From the NCBI GenBank assembly GCA_947626095.1, contig CANQQV010000006.1, positions 21,643 through 85,642 on the forward strand: DNA of 64,000 nucleotides, in the 5' to 3' direction. The first letter of the stretch is position 1. Each line of letters starts with the position of its first letter. Below, one piece after another: positions 39,477-49,592 of this stretch. The translations under genes were made by a program, and so were the position numbers. Under the pieces are notes generated by a model. That model saw nothing but the letters and a program-made list of their open reading frames with translations. It did no database searches and was not told where the DNA came from. This stretch comes from an uncultured Bacilli bacterium (GTDB lineage Bacteria > Bacillota_I > Bacilli_A > RF39 > UBA660).

Positions 39477-40379
39477 CTATTTTTTTAAATCATTTAATAT
39501 TATTTCGGTTAATTTATTAGTACTAAAACTATGAATAGAATTCTTAAGAACAATTAAAGAAAAATAGGTTTCGGGGAGTTCTTGTTTAGTTTTTATTTCA
39601 AATATTTTACCTTCTTTTAGTTCGTTTTGAACAAATTCTTTAGTAGATAAACCGATGCCTAAACCAATTTTAACAAAGTCTTCTAATAAAGAAGAACTAG
39701 CTATTTCTAATTTGGTAGTTATTTTGATATTATTATCGGTACAAAATTTATCAAAAGTTTCTCTAGTTGTGGAAGGATATTTTTGTAAAAGAATAGGGTA
39801 TGATTCTAAATCATTGATATCTATTATTTTATCTTTTAATTCTTGATAGGTATCTGAAGCAATAAAAGCCATTTTTAATTTACCTAAACGTATTAATTCT
39901 AAATCTTCGTCTTCATTAATTTCTTCTTTAGCAATCAGAATATCAATTTTACCTTCTTTGAGCATTGTACGCATTACTTTACTAGGGTCAGTGAAGACTT
40001 GGATAGCAATATTAGGATATTCTTGATGAAAGATTTTTAAATATTTTAAAAGAAAGATACGCATTAGAGTAGTACTAATGCCGATTCTAATTGTACCTTT
40101 TTCAAGTTTTTTTAAGTTAGAAAATTGCATCTCAGCATTACTAAAAGAGTTAATGGCTTGTTTAACATAGTTATATATTTCTTTACCATTATCAGTTAGA
40201 ATAACTCCTCTTTTGGTACGAATAAATAATTCGCCACCTAATGCTTCTTCCAGATTTTTAATTTGTTTAGTAACAGCTGGTTGACTTATCATAAGAATTT
40301 CGCTGGCTTTAGTAATATTACCAACCGATGCTACAACATAAAATATTCGGTATAGTTCAAAATTAATATTCATTATCAT
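39477..40379 (-). CDS. LysR-family transcriptional regulator
   Basis: NITKASEILMISQPAVTKQIKNLEEALGGELFIR HTH. Confidence 0.93.
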   Translation of the reverse strand: MIMNINFELYRIFYVVASVGNITKASEILMISQPAVTKQIKNLEEALGGELFIRTKRGVILTDNGKEIYNYVKQAINSFSNAEMQFSNLKKLEKGTIRIGISTTLMRIFLLKYLKIFHQEYPNIAIQVFTDPSKVMRTMLKEGKIDILIAKEEINEDEDLELIRLGKLKMAFIASDTYQELKDKIIDINDLESYPILLQKYPSTTRETFDKFCTDNNIKITTKLEIASSSLLEDFVKIGLGIGLSTKEFVQNELKEGKIFEIKTKQELPETYFSLIVLKNSIHSFSTNKLTEIILNDLKK

Positions 40380-40465
40380 AACCTCCAGTTATCATAGAAA
40401 TAAAATATTTGTATTTTAATTATAATTAATTGTTAAGTATAATTCAATTATAAAGAGGTGGCATT

Positions 40466-41329
40466 ATGGAAATGATTGTTGATTTACATACTCATAGTAT
40501 TTATTCTGATGGAAGTGATACACCTAAAGAAATAATTAAAAAAGCAAAAGTAAAAAATATTAATTGCTTAGCGATTACAGATCATGATAATCTAGCTGGC
40601 GCCAAAGAGTTAGTTAGGATGGTACATGATAGTATGGATATATATAGTGGGGTTGAATTAACGGCAAAAGTATCAAAAGGAAGAATGCATATACTTGGTT
40701 ATAATATAGATTTAGAAAATGAAGAAATTAATAGAGCTTTGAATGAACAAAAAGAAGCAAGTATATATAATATATTACTTTATGTAGAAATATTAAGAAA
40801 AGATTTTGATCTTTATTTACCTAATGATGAAATAGATAAAATAGTTAATGCTAAAGGAAATGTTGGTCGCCCTCAGCTGGCTTTATTATTAGTAAAACTT
40901 GGTTATGCTGTAGATGTAGAAGAGGCTTTTCAGAAATATTTAATTCATGCTTATGAAAGAGTAAGAAAAGTAAAAAAGGGGCTGACGAAAGAAGAATGTA
41001 TAGAATTAATTAATGATGCTTTAGGAGTAGCAGTGTTAGCACATCCTAATAGCTTAAAATTACAATTACAGGAACTTAAAGAAGAGATACATTATCTTAA
41101 AAGTGTTGGGTTAAAAGGTGTGGAAACTATTCATTCTAATTTAAGCGAACAGGAAAGAATTGCTTATCATGAAATTGCCTTAGGAGAAGGATTGCTTGAA
41201 AGTGGAGGAACAGATTATCATGGCTATTCTGTTAAGCCAGATATAGAGTTAGGGACGGGGAGAAATAATAATGTTTTTATTCCGGTAGATAGTTTAACTT
41301 TAACTAAAAAAGTAAAGTCTAGATATTAA
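40466..41329 (+). CDS. PHP-domain phosphoesterase (TrpH/RNase AM-like)
   Basis: DLHTHSIYSDG, AITDHD, GVE, HILGY, LAHP, GGTDYHG. Confidence 0.9.
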   Translation: MEMIVDLHTHSIYSDGSDTPKEIIKKAKVKNINCLAITDHDNLAGAKELVRMVHDSMDIYSGVELTAKVSKGRMHILGYNIDLENEEINRALNEQKEASIYNILLYVEILRKDFDLYLPNDEIDKIVNAKGNVGRPQLALLLVKLGYAVDVEEAFQKYLIHAYERVRKVKKGLTKEECIELINDALGVAVLAHPNSLKLQLQELKEEIHYLKSVGLKGVETIHSNLSEQERIAYHEIALGEGLLESGGTDYHGYSVKPDIELGTGRNNNVFIPVDSLTLTKKVKSRY

Positions 41330-41404
41330 AGCTCACGTGTTGAGCTTTTTAAATGATATAGTTTTTTGCTAATTATTATGTTATAATAATTTATAGTAAA
41401 GTAG

Positions 41405-42946
41405 GTGAGTAAAATGTTAACTAATGAATTAAAAGCAATCGAAGTACTAATGACACATTTAGTTAATGATACTTCATTACATAAAGAAGTATACTCACGT
41501 TTTACAGAAGAAAAAACATTTGAAAAGACAAAAGTTGGTTTATTTAATCAAATATCTATAAATTCGCTACTTGATACATATGAAGAGAATCCTAATTTTT
41601 CTTTAGAATTCTTTTTATATAATGGACTTATTCCTGGAATGTATGAAACAGCAGTAGCTACTCCAACAGTAGATATTGCATTACAGAAAGATGTTAAGGA
41701 ATATTATCGAAGATTATATAGAGCTTTGAAAGATGGTAATTATACCTTTGATGAAAATAATAATATATTTGTTTCGAGTGAAGAAATAGAAACGATAGTA
41801 CCACAAATATGGTTATATCGTTTATCTAATGCTTATCGTAAATCGGCTTATAAAGAAATGTTTTTATATAATAAAAAGAGTGAAAATAATATTTTAGATA
41901 TAAATGGTTTGATTGATTATTTAAGACATACTAAAACATTCTTAGTAACGATGAAGAGTGGAAATACTAATGATGATTTAGCTAAAATATTTAGTGATAC
42001 TAAGGAAAGAGTAATATCTAAATTTAAAGATAGTAAAGAAGTAAAAGTTGATGATATAATTCAAACATTTAAAGATACTGTACCAAGTAATGTTACGGTA
42101 GAGATTAGTAAATATAAGTTAGCTGATGCTTTTTGGTTAGCAAAAAAAGTAGAAAAATATCCAAATTTTTATAGTGAACCATTAGAAGTTCAACAAAAAC
42201 TAATTAATAGTTGGTTAATAGAGTTTATTAATAGTAATGAAATAGCAAATCGTCAAACACAGAAATATGTTTTAGCATCAACATTAAGAGAGGATGCAAC
42301 TTATCGTGGAGAAGATATTCCAAAAGAGGAAGTAATTGTAGGTTTGTTTAATTTATATATAAAATTAATTAATGAATTAGATTTAGATTTAAATGATATA
42401 TCATTAAGTAATTTTCATTTAACTAATTATTTAAGTCCTAATTTACAAGATAATTTAGCTAAATTAACAGAAATGATTAAACTAATTAATAAAGAACATG
42501 TATTAAAGGTCGAAGCGAAAGATAAAGTTGATAATGAGTTAGCTAAATTAAATGAAGCAAAAGAAACCAAAGATACTGATAAAATAGAAATGCGTAATAA
42601 GAAGTATCAAAAAGCTTTAAGTGATTATCAAGAAAAAGAAGAAATAGAAAATAATCATCAAGTAGCAAGAAATCAGTTACAAGCTTTAATTACAGAAGAA
42701 CAAAAAATATCTTTAGCTAATATAGCATTTGATAATGATAAGATAATGAGTTTAATACTTAGAGCAATTAAAGAAGGTAGATTGTATATTCAACCTAATG
42801 GTAATAGTTTATATATTGAACTTTATAATGATACTTTAGGGAAAAATATATTTAAAGCACGAATTTCTTTAGAAGAATTATTAGAATTTATTATGAATGT
42901 TAATTTAACATTAGAAGATATGGCTTATACTAAGAAGGTTAGTTAA
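41405..42946 (+). CDS. Hypothetical coiled-coil protein, probable distant paralog of 35592-37235
   Basis: Same layout; C-terminal FKARISLEELL versus FYLEITLRELL. Confidence 0.7.
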   Translation: MSKMLTNELKAIEVLMTHLVNDTSLHKEVYSRFTEEKTFEKTKVGLFNQISINSLLDTYEENPNFSLEFFLYNGLIPGMYETAVATPTVDIALQKDVKEYYRRLYRALKDGNYTFDENNNIFVSSEEIETIVPQIWLYRLSNAYRKSAYKEMFLYNKKSENNILDINGLIDYLRHTKTFLVTMKSGNTNDDLAKIFSDTKERVISKFKDSKEVKVDDIIQTFKDTVPSNVTVEISKYKLADAFWLAKKVEKYPNFYSEPLEVQQKLINSWLIEFINSNEIANRQTQKYVLASTLREDATYRGEDIPKEEVIVGLFNLYIKLINELDLDLNDISLSNFHLTNYLSPNLQDNLAKLTEMIKLINKEHVLKVEAKDKVDNELAKLNEAKETKDTDKIEMRNKKYQKALSDYQEKEEIENNHQVARNQLQALITEEQKISLANIAFDNDKIMSLILRAIKEGRLYIQPNGNSLYIELYNDTLGKNIFKARISLEELLEFIMNVNLTLEDMAYTKKVS

Positions 42947-43006
42947 AACCTTCTTTTTTAGTTAAAATTGAGTATAATAAAGATATTATTAGAGAAGAGA
43001 GATAAG

Positions 43007-43930
43007 ATGGAAGTTTTGGATAAAATATCAAGTTCAGTTGCTTATGTGAAAGATAATAGTAAGTATGTAAAAGTTAATTATGAAGAAATAGATAAACAAA
43101 TTGAAAAAATTGATTTTACGAAAGTTAGTTTCTGGTTAGATAGTAATCCATATGGAGTTTTGGATTTACCTTATGAAGATTTATTTACTTTTTTACTTAT
43201 TTTTCATGCAATAGGGGATTATTGTTTTTGGGGAGATCCAAAGTGGGAGATTTATGTTAATGGTAAAGTATTAGATGGTTCTTATGCTATTATGTATTTA
43301 ATTATTAATAAGTTTATGGAAGATAAAACATTTAAAATGAGTTATGAAGAATTTAGAAAATTTTTACAAGGTAATATAGAGATACCTTTAATTAAAGAAA
43401 GATATGAATGTTTACAAGAAGTTTATAAATATTTAGAAAAACATAATTTTTATAAGGAAATAAAAGAGATGAATGATGATATAACCTTATTAAACTATAT
43501 AATTAATAATTTTAGTTTCTTTAAAGATGTTAGTATGTATAAAGATAAAGAAATAGCTTTTTATAAAAGAGCACAATTAATTACTTCGGATATTTTACAT
43601 ATTAAGAAAAAGTGTGGACATGAAAAAGTAGATTATTCGCATTTACTAGGGTGTGCTGATTATAAAATACCACAAGTAATGAGATGTTATGGAATGTTAG
43701 AATTTAATAATGAATTAGCTAATTTAGTAGATAATAAAAAGTTAATTCTTAAAGATAGTGAGATGGAAGTAGAAATAAGAGCTTTAACTTTAGAAGTAAT
43801 AGATTATGTATATCATAAGTTAGATGGTAAAGTATCACGTATGGATATTAATGATTTAATATGGTTAATGGGACAGGATAAAAGTAAAATGACAAAGAAT
43901 TATCATCGTACTTTAACTATTTGTTATTAG
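43007..43930 (+). CDS. Queuosine salvage hydrolase family (DUF2419/Qng1-like)
   Basis: CFW, FYKRAQL, ADYKIPQVMR, EVEIRA, C-terminal YHRTLTICY; start set at MEVLDK. Confidence 0.85.
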   Translation: MEVLDKISSSVAYVKDNSKYVKVNYEEIDKQIEKIDFTKVSFWLDSNPYGVLDLPYEDLFTFLLIFHAIGDYCFWGDPKWEIYVNGKVLDGSYAIMYLIINKFMEDKTFKMSYEEFRKFLQGNIEIPLIKERYECLQEVYKYLEKHNFYKEIKEMNDDITLLNYIINNFSFFKDVSMYKDKEIAFYKRAQLITSDILHIKKKCGHEKVDYSHLLGCADYKIPQVMRCYGMLEFNNELANLVDNKKLILKDSEMEVEIRALTLEVIDYVYHKLDGKVSRMDINDLIWLMGQDKSKMTKNYHRTLTICY

Positions 43931-43938
43931 GAGTGATT

Positions 43939-45021
43939 ATGACAAAGTATTATAAGGTAATGTTTGGTACTACATCAGGTGCAAAAAGTGATTTTAAATA
44001 TAATTTAAATAATGTTACAGTTGCTCGAACTTGGAATAAAAATGGTCAAACGCCAAGTGAAATGGGTGGTTTTAATTATACGACGGAAGAGTGTTTAATA
44101 AGATGGTTACATCGGGGAGATACAATGTATGATGTTGAAATACCTAGTGATGCAGAGTATGTTAAGTTAGAAGGGGCAACAACTGTTTATCGCGCTAATA
44201 AGATAATTATTAGTAATCCACGTCCAGTTGATGATGAAGTAGCATTACATTTATATCGAATATCTAAGATATCAGAAAAATCATATTATAAAGCGTTAGC
44301 TGCAGTTAGTGTGATGAATTATAAAAAGACTGCTTTAGCTATTTTAAAAGATAAAGTAAATAAAGATAATATTGATATAGTACTAGGGGAATGGCATGAT
44401 TTTATTTCTCACGGTGGTAAAGATGATCGTCAAGATGGTAATGATTTAGTTAAGGAAATAGAAGAATATTTAGAAGAAATAAAATCAGATTTATTAATTA
44501 GTAGGTTTATAGATAAAGAACCATATCATAAAGTAATTACAAAAGATAAAATAATTAATTTAACAGGAGAGTCTGGTAGTGGTAAATCTTATTATACGAA
44601 GTCATTAGATGATAATTATATAATTATTGATACAGATATTTTATTTAGTGATAAAACAGGTGATGAAGTTATTAGTAATTTAAGAAAAGTGTTTATAACT
44701 AAGTATGGGAAGTTACCTAATTTAATTGAAGAATTTGATACTTGTTATCAAGAGATAGTTAATTATTTTAAAGATGTTGATAAATACGTAGTTATTGACA
44801 GTGCACAGTATCGTAATATTAAAGATTTATCTTTGTTAAAGGGTGAAATAATTATAATGCGTACTTCAGCAAATACTTGTTATGAACGTTGTATTAAAAG
44901 ATTTATGAGTAAGAAAGATGTTAGTAGTGAAGAATTAGAACATTATAAAGAACGTAAAAAAGCTATCTTTAATTGGTATCATAGTGTTAATAAATTATTA
45001 GAAAAAGTAGAGCAGATTTAA
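43939..45021 (+). CDS. Fusion of an unknown N-terminal domain and a P-loop nucleotide-kinase-like domain
   Basis: IINLTGESGSGKS, IIIDTD, VVIDS, CYERCIKR lid; start MTKYYK after AGGAG. Confidence 0.7.
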   Translation: MTKYYKVMFGTTSGAKSDFKYNLNNVTVARTWNKNGQTPSEMGGFNYTTEECLIRWLHRGDTMYDVEIPSDAEYVKLEGATTVYRANKIIISNPRPVDDEVALHLYRISKISEKSYYKALAAVSVMNYKKTALAILKDKVNKDNIDIVLGEWHDFISHGGKDDRQDGNDLVKEIEEYLEEIKSDLLISRFIDKEPYHKVITKDKIINLTGESGSGKSYYTKSLDDNYIIIDTDILFSDKTGDEVISNLRKVFITKYGKLPNLIEEFDTCYQEIVNYFKDVDKYVVIDSAQYRNIKDLSLLKGEIIIMRTSANTCYERCIKRFMSKKDVSSEELEHYKERKKAIFNWYHSVNKLLEKVEQI

Positions 45022-45082
45022 GTGTAAATTTGCTCTTTTTAGTTTACTTTGATAGAATGAAATTAGTTGAGGGGTTGATAAA

Positions 45083-46837
45083 ATGAAGAAGAAAGAATCA
45101 ATATTTAAAAAGCTATATAAGATGTTATCAAAGAAACAAAAAATTAATTTTATATTAATTATATTAATTATGATAGTATCCGCTTTATTAAGTCAGTTAT
45201 TACCACTAGCAATTGGTCATTTAACGGATGATATTTTATCGCAAACTGAATTATCTTTTATGGCGGTTATTCCTTTTTTAGGTTTTATATTAGTTGTTAC
45301 TGTTTTTAATGAGATAATTAAAATAGTAAGACGTTTAATTGTTGAAGATACATGTACAAGATGTGAAAAAGAAGCCCGTACTAAAGCTATTTCAGCATTA
45401 TTACATGCACCACTTGATTATTTTAAAAAGAATATGACAGGTAATATACATGGTAGGTTAAATCGTAGTTTAGAGGGAACAGTACGTTTACTTAAATTAA
45501 TGTTTATGGATTTTGCTCCAGCGATATTTAATGGTTTAGCGGCAATTGTGGTTATCTTTACTAAATTACCAGTATATTTAGCGTTAGTTATGTTACTAGT
45601 AATGCCTATAGGTATCTTTATCGTATTAATTCAAATTAGATCCCAAAAAGGTATTCGTGTAGAATTAATGGAAGAAAAATCTAACATGGATGGAGTTATG
45701 GTCGAATTAATTAATGGTATTGAAGTAATAAGAGTTACGGATAGTGCTGAAAGAGAAGTAAAAAGATTTGATGATAAATCAGAATTTTTACGTAGTAAAG
45801 AAATGAAACATCATAAAGCAATGTCTTTTTATGATTGTTTAAAGTTTGTTAATGAAGCAGTCTTTACAGTCTTAGTAATAGGTATCTCTGCTTACTTAGC
45901 TGGTGAACATATTATAAGTGTTGGTACAGTATTAACTTCTTATTTATGTTTTACGCAACTTACAACTCCATTAAGAGAGTTACATAGAATATTAGATGAA
46001 TTATCTGAATCTAAAGTATTAGCTGATGATTATTTTAGAATAATAGAATTAGATAAAGACTTTTCTTATAAGAATGTTATAAATAAAAAGAAAGTTAATA
46101 TTGAACCAATTATTGATATTAAGAATTTAAATTTTAAATATGCTAATAGTAATAAAGTAGTTATTAATAATTTAGATTTAGAGATTAAACCAGGTGAATT
46201 TATTGGAATTGCTGGGCCTTCTGGATGTGGTAAGTCAACTTTAATTAAAGTTATTACAAGATTAGAAGAAGGTAGTGGTAATATTGTTATAGATAATAAA
46301 GATATTAATAGTTTATCAAGAGCTGATATATCAAAGATTATGGCATTAGTACCACAAAGTCCATTCTTAATTGCTGGAACGATTAAAGAAAATATTTGTT
46401 ATGGTAGTGATAGAGAGTATACTTTAGAAGAGATTAAAGAAGCAGCCGAGAAAGCGCATATTGATGATTATATTGAATCATTACCAGATAAATATGAATC
46501 ATTAATTGCTGAAGGTGGTAATAACTTGTCAGGAGGACAAAGACAAAGAATTGCGATTGCAAGAATTTTCTTACGTAAACCTAAAATATTAATTTTAGAC
46601 GAAGCAACTTCAGCTTTAGATAATACTTCAGAAAGAAATATTCAACATGAAATAGAGTTATTGCAAAAAGAAAATAAAACAACTATTTTATCAATTGCGC
46701 ATAGATTAAGTACTTTAGAAAATTGTGATCGTATCTTAGTCTTTGATAAAGGAGAAATAGTTCAAGTAGGAAGATATAATAATTTAATTAAAGAAAAAGG
46801 TATTTTCCAAGATATGTATAAAGGTAAATTAAAATAG
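45083..46837 (+). CDS. ABC exporter, fused permease/ATPase
   Basis: TM N-half; GPSGCGKS, LSGGQRQR, LDEATSALD, IAHRLST. Confidence 0.93.
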   Translation: MKKKESIFKKLYKMLSKKQKINFILIILIMIVSALLSQLLPLAIGHLTDDILSQTELSFMAVIPFLGFILVVTVFNEIIKIVRRLIVEDTCTRCEKEARTKAISALLHAPLDYFKKNMTGNIHGRLNRSLEGTVRLLKLMFMDFAPAIFNGLAAIVVIFTKLPVYLALVMLLVMPIGIFIVLIQIRSQKGIRVELMEEKSNMDGVMVELINGIEVIRVTDSAEREVKRFDDKSEFLRSKEMKHHKAMSFYDCLKFVNEAVFTVLVIGISAYLAGEHIISVGTVLTSYLCFTQLTTPLRELHRILDELSESKVLADDYFRIIELDKDFSYKNVINKKKVNIEPIIDIKNLNFKYANSNKVVINNLDLEIKPGEFIGIAGPSGCGKSTLIKVITRLEEGSGNIVIDNKDINSLSRADISKIMALVPQSPFLIAGTIKENICYGSDREYTLEEIKEAAEKAHIDDYIESLPDKYESLIAEGGNNLSGGQRQRIAIARIFLRKPKILILDEATSALDNTSERNIQHEIELLQKENKTTILSIAHRLSTLENCDRILVFDKGEIVQVGRYNNLIKEKGIFQDMYKGKLK

Positions 46838-46889
46838 ATTAGGCTTTTTAAAGCTAATCTATTTTTGTATAATAAGAATTGGTGATATT

Positions 46890-47408
46890 ATGCATTGTTT
46901 ATTTACTGATGAAGTTAAGACTCCTAAAGAGTTAGAAAAATATTTAGAAGAACATAAAATAGATATCCCTGAGTATCGTCCCGCAGTGATTGCGTTAATT
47001 GTTAATGAAGAGAATAAAATTCTTTTACAAAGAAGAGGACCTAAATCACGTGATGAACAATATAAGTTAGAAGATATTGGTGGCGCTTACGAAGAAGATG
47101 ACAAGAATTTTAGAAAAGCTTTAATAAGAGAAATACGAGAAGAAGTAGGTAATGAAGTGCAAATAGATATTAATTATTTTGCGGGAGCTTTTTTGATTAC
47201 TAAGTTTGATCGTCGTACTAATAAAGATGTTAATTGGTTATTTTTGTTATATAGATGTACTTATCGAGGTGGGAATTTAGTTAATAATGAAGAAGGTAAA
47301 TCACTAGGATATGAATTTTATAAATACGAAGATTTAGTAAATAGTGATGCGACAGAAACAGTATTAACTTTTTGGAACTTTTATCATAACGAATATAAAG
47401 ATATTTAA
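46890..47408 (+). CDS. NUDIX hydrolase
   Basis: GGAYEEDD...ALIREIREEVG Nudix box. Confidence 0.88.
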   Translation: MHCLFTDEVKTPKELEKYLEEHKIDIPEYRPAVIALIVNEENKILLQRRGPKSRDEQYKLEDIGGAYEEDDKNFRKALIREIREEVGNEVQIDINYFAGAFLITKFDRRTNKDVNWLFLLYRCTYRGGNLVNNEEGKSLGYEFYKYEDLVNSDATETVLTFWNFYHNEYKDI

Positions 47409-47419
47409 AAAGACTAAAA

Positions 47420-48124
47420 TTATTTTAGTCTTTTTATGTGTTCATAAAAATATTCATGGTCCGCAGTACAATCAACTTTATCTAAAGCAATATCGTTTTC
47501 TATTCTTTTACCATCTTTATCGATAATAAAATGATCATCATCTAGAATTTCATTTTTTAGAACTTTACCAGTTAAATTATTAAACATAATTGTTTGCGCT
47601 CCAGTACCTATAGTACCACCAACACTCATATACGCTCTTAGAGCAAAGGGTATAACATCCATTTTCGTATCATCTTTAGTTACAATACTATCAATATCTA
47701 ATAAAACAATATCGTTTTTGTCTTTAACGACTAAATTAGGAATTCTTATATCATGATAATATATTCCTACTTCATTAAAACTTTCAATAATTTTTCTTAA
47801 TAAACTAAGTAAAAATATTCTTTCTTCAAAAGAAAATTTATCACTATTAATATGATGACCAAAGACTGGTTCCATGACATAACCTTTAATACTTTTTTGA
47901 GAAAAATAAGAACTTACTAAGTAATAGATATGCGGATAATACTTTTTTAAATGTTCAAATTGTTCTAAGTATAATAGTTTTCTTCTTTTACCTATACGTT
48001 CATCTTTAGATACAAAGCATTTAAACTTTTTATAGTAGCCGTCTGGTAGAATATATACTTTAGCTTCAGAACCAGTTCCTTTAATTGCTCCTTTATGAGG
48101 ACTTAAAATACTTTTTGTTTGCAT
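47420..48124 (-). CDS. Small protein-kinase-like protein (paralog B)
   Basis: GTGSEAKVY, YKK, YYHDIRIPNL, LLDIDS. Confidence 0.75.
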   Translation of the reverse strand: MQTKSILSPHKGAIKGTGSEAKVYILPDGYYKKFKCFVSKDERIGKRRKLLYLEQFEHLKKYYPHIYYLVSSYFSQKSIKGYVMEPVFGHHINSDKFSFEERIFLLSLLRKIIESFNEVGIYYHDIRIPNLVVKDKNDIVLLDIDSIVTKDDTKMDVIPFALRAYMSVGGTIGTGAQTIMFNNLTGKVLKNEILDDDHFIIDKDGKRIENDIALDKVDCTADHEYFYEHIKRLK

Positions 48125-48141
48125 AATATCACTTCTAACTA

Positions 48142-48852
48142 TTAAATCTTTTTTATATGTTCATATAAATATTCGTGATCAAAAGCAGAATCAGGGGTGG
48201 CATTTATTAAATTTTTCATAAGAACCATGCCATCTTTATCAAGAATAATTCTTTTTTGATAATAATCTTCTTGTAAAAAAGTATTAGTAAATTTATTAAA
48301 CATCGCTATTTGGGCATTAGGACCATGTTGGCCACCATTTACTAAATATAGTTCTAATTGGGAAGGAATAACATCTAAGTTAGGGTGTTCTGGGGTGGTA
48401 ATACTATCAATATCTAGGAAAATAATATTATTGTCAGCAGTTACTTTAAGATTAGGAATTCTTAAATCATGATAATAGATACCTACTTGATTAAATTCAG
48501 CTAAGATCAATCTTATTAATTTTAAAATAGTTATTTTTTCTTCGTAAGATAAAGTTATTTCATTAAGGTAATAGCCAATAACATCTTCCATAACGTAGCC
48601 ATGAATATTATATTGACGTTTTAATATAGAGATAACTAAATAATAGATATGCGGATAATACTTTTTTAAAGAGGTAAATTGTTCTAAAAAATAAAGTTTG
48701 TCTTTTTTACCAGTTCTTTTAGCAGAATTAACGTTGGGTGTAAATTCTTTATATATTCCTTCAGGGACTTGATATAATCTAGCTTCTGAACCATTACCAA
48801 TATTTTCACCTTTTTTAATTGTTTTTATATTTCTTTCTTTCATTGATATCAC
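48142..48852 (-). CDS. Small protein-kinase-like protein (paralog A)
   Basis: GNGSEARLY, YKE, YYHDLRIPNL, FLDIDS. Confidence 0.75.
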   Translation of the reverse strand: MISMKERNIKTIKKGENIGNGSEARLYQVPEGIYKEFTPNVNSAKRTGKKDKLYFLEQFTSLKKYYPHIYYLVISILKRQYNIHGYVMEDVIGYYLNEITLSYEEKITILKLIRLILAEFNQVGIYYHDLRIPNLKVTADNNIIFLDIDSITTPEHPNLDVIPSQLELYLVNGGQHGPNAQIAMFNKFTNTFLQEDYYQKRIILDKDGMVLMKNLINATPDSAFDHEYLYEHIKKI

Positions 48853-48900
48853 ATGCCATATTATAACGAAAAATAATTTAAAAGCAAATTAAACTTAAAG

Positions 48901-49530
48901 TTGCATTTCCATTTATTTGTGCTAAAATTAATAGCCGAGGTGAATTATGTGATAGAGTCGGTTCCCAGAGAGAACTATCAGAATCATGAACAGTGGTTTG
49001 TAGACTATTGTCAAAAAGTAAGAAATAGTACAGTAGAAATTCATAAGATATTAAGTAATAATGAATATATAGATTGGCTTTGTCATTTCTCTGAAGAAGT
49101 AACATCATTAGCAGATACAAATACAGACGATTATAGTGATGATGATGTAAAACATATAAATAATTTACAATATTTATATGGAGCAATTAGGTTATATGCA
49201 GATAAAGCTTATTTAGTACCTGATGAAGTTGATGGAAGTTATGTGTACTATTTAAGATATAATGATATAGTATGGATAATTGGTCAGACGATTGGTGAAG
49301 TTAAAACTTATTTTTATACAAGAGTAGGTAGTGTAGCAGAAGAAAAAGTGATAATTGATTTTAAAGATATGCAAGATGAAAAGAAATTAATACATAGTGA
49401 TTCAATTAAAGTTGGTTTAGCAGAACTGGCAAAGCATATTGAATTATTATTAGAAAATGGTGTACCTGAAGAAGAGATTAGAAAAGTAACAGAAGATGCT
49501 ATTAAATTAAAATTTAAGAAGGAAGAATAA
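48901..49530 (+). CDS. Hypothetical protein (true start probably the GTG at 48949)
   Basis: Open frame; GAGGTG SD precedes the GTG; terminator-like hairpin at the 3' end. Confidence 0.7.
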   Translation: MHFHLFVLKLIAEVNYVIESVPRENYQNHEQWFVDYCQKVRNSTVEIHKILSNNEYIDWLCHFSEEVTSLADTNTDDYSDDDVKHINNLQYLYGAIRLYADKAYLVPDEVDGSYVYYLRYNDIVWIIGQTIGEVKTYFYTRVGSVAEEKVIIDFKDMQDEKKLIHSDSIKVGLAELAKHIELLLENGVPEEEIRKVTEDAIKLKFKKEE

Positions 49531-49592
49531 AATCTTTCTTTTTTTTGCTAATAAATTATGATAAGATAGATGATACTTAGGGAGATTTTGGT

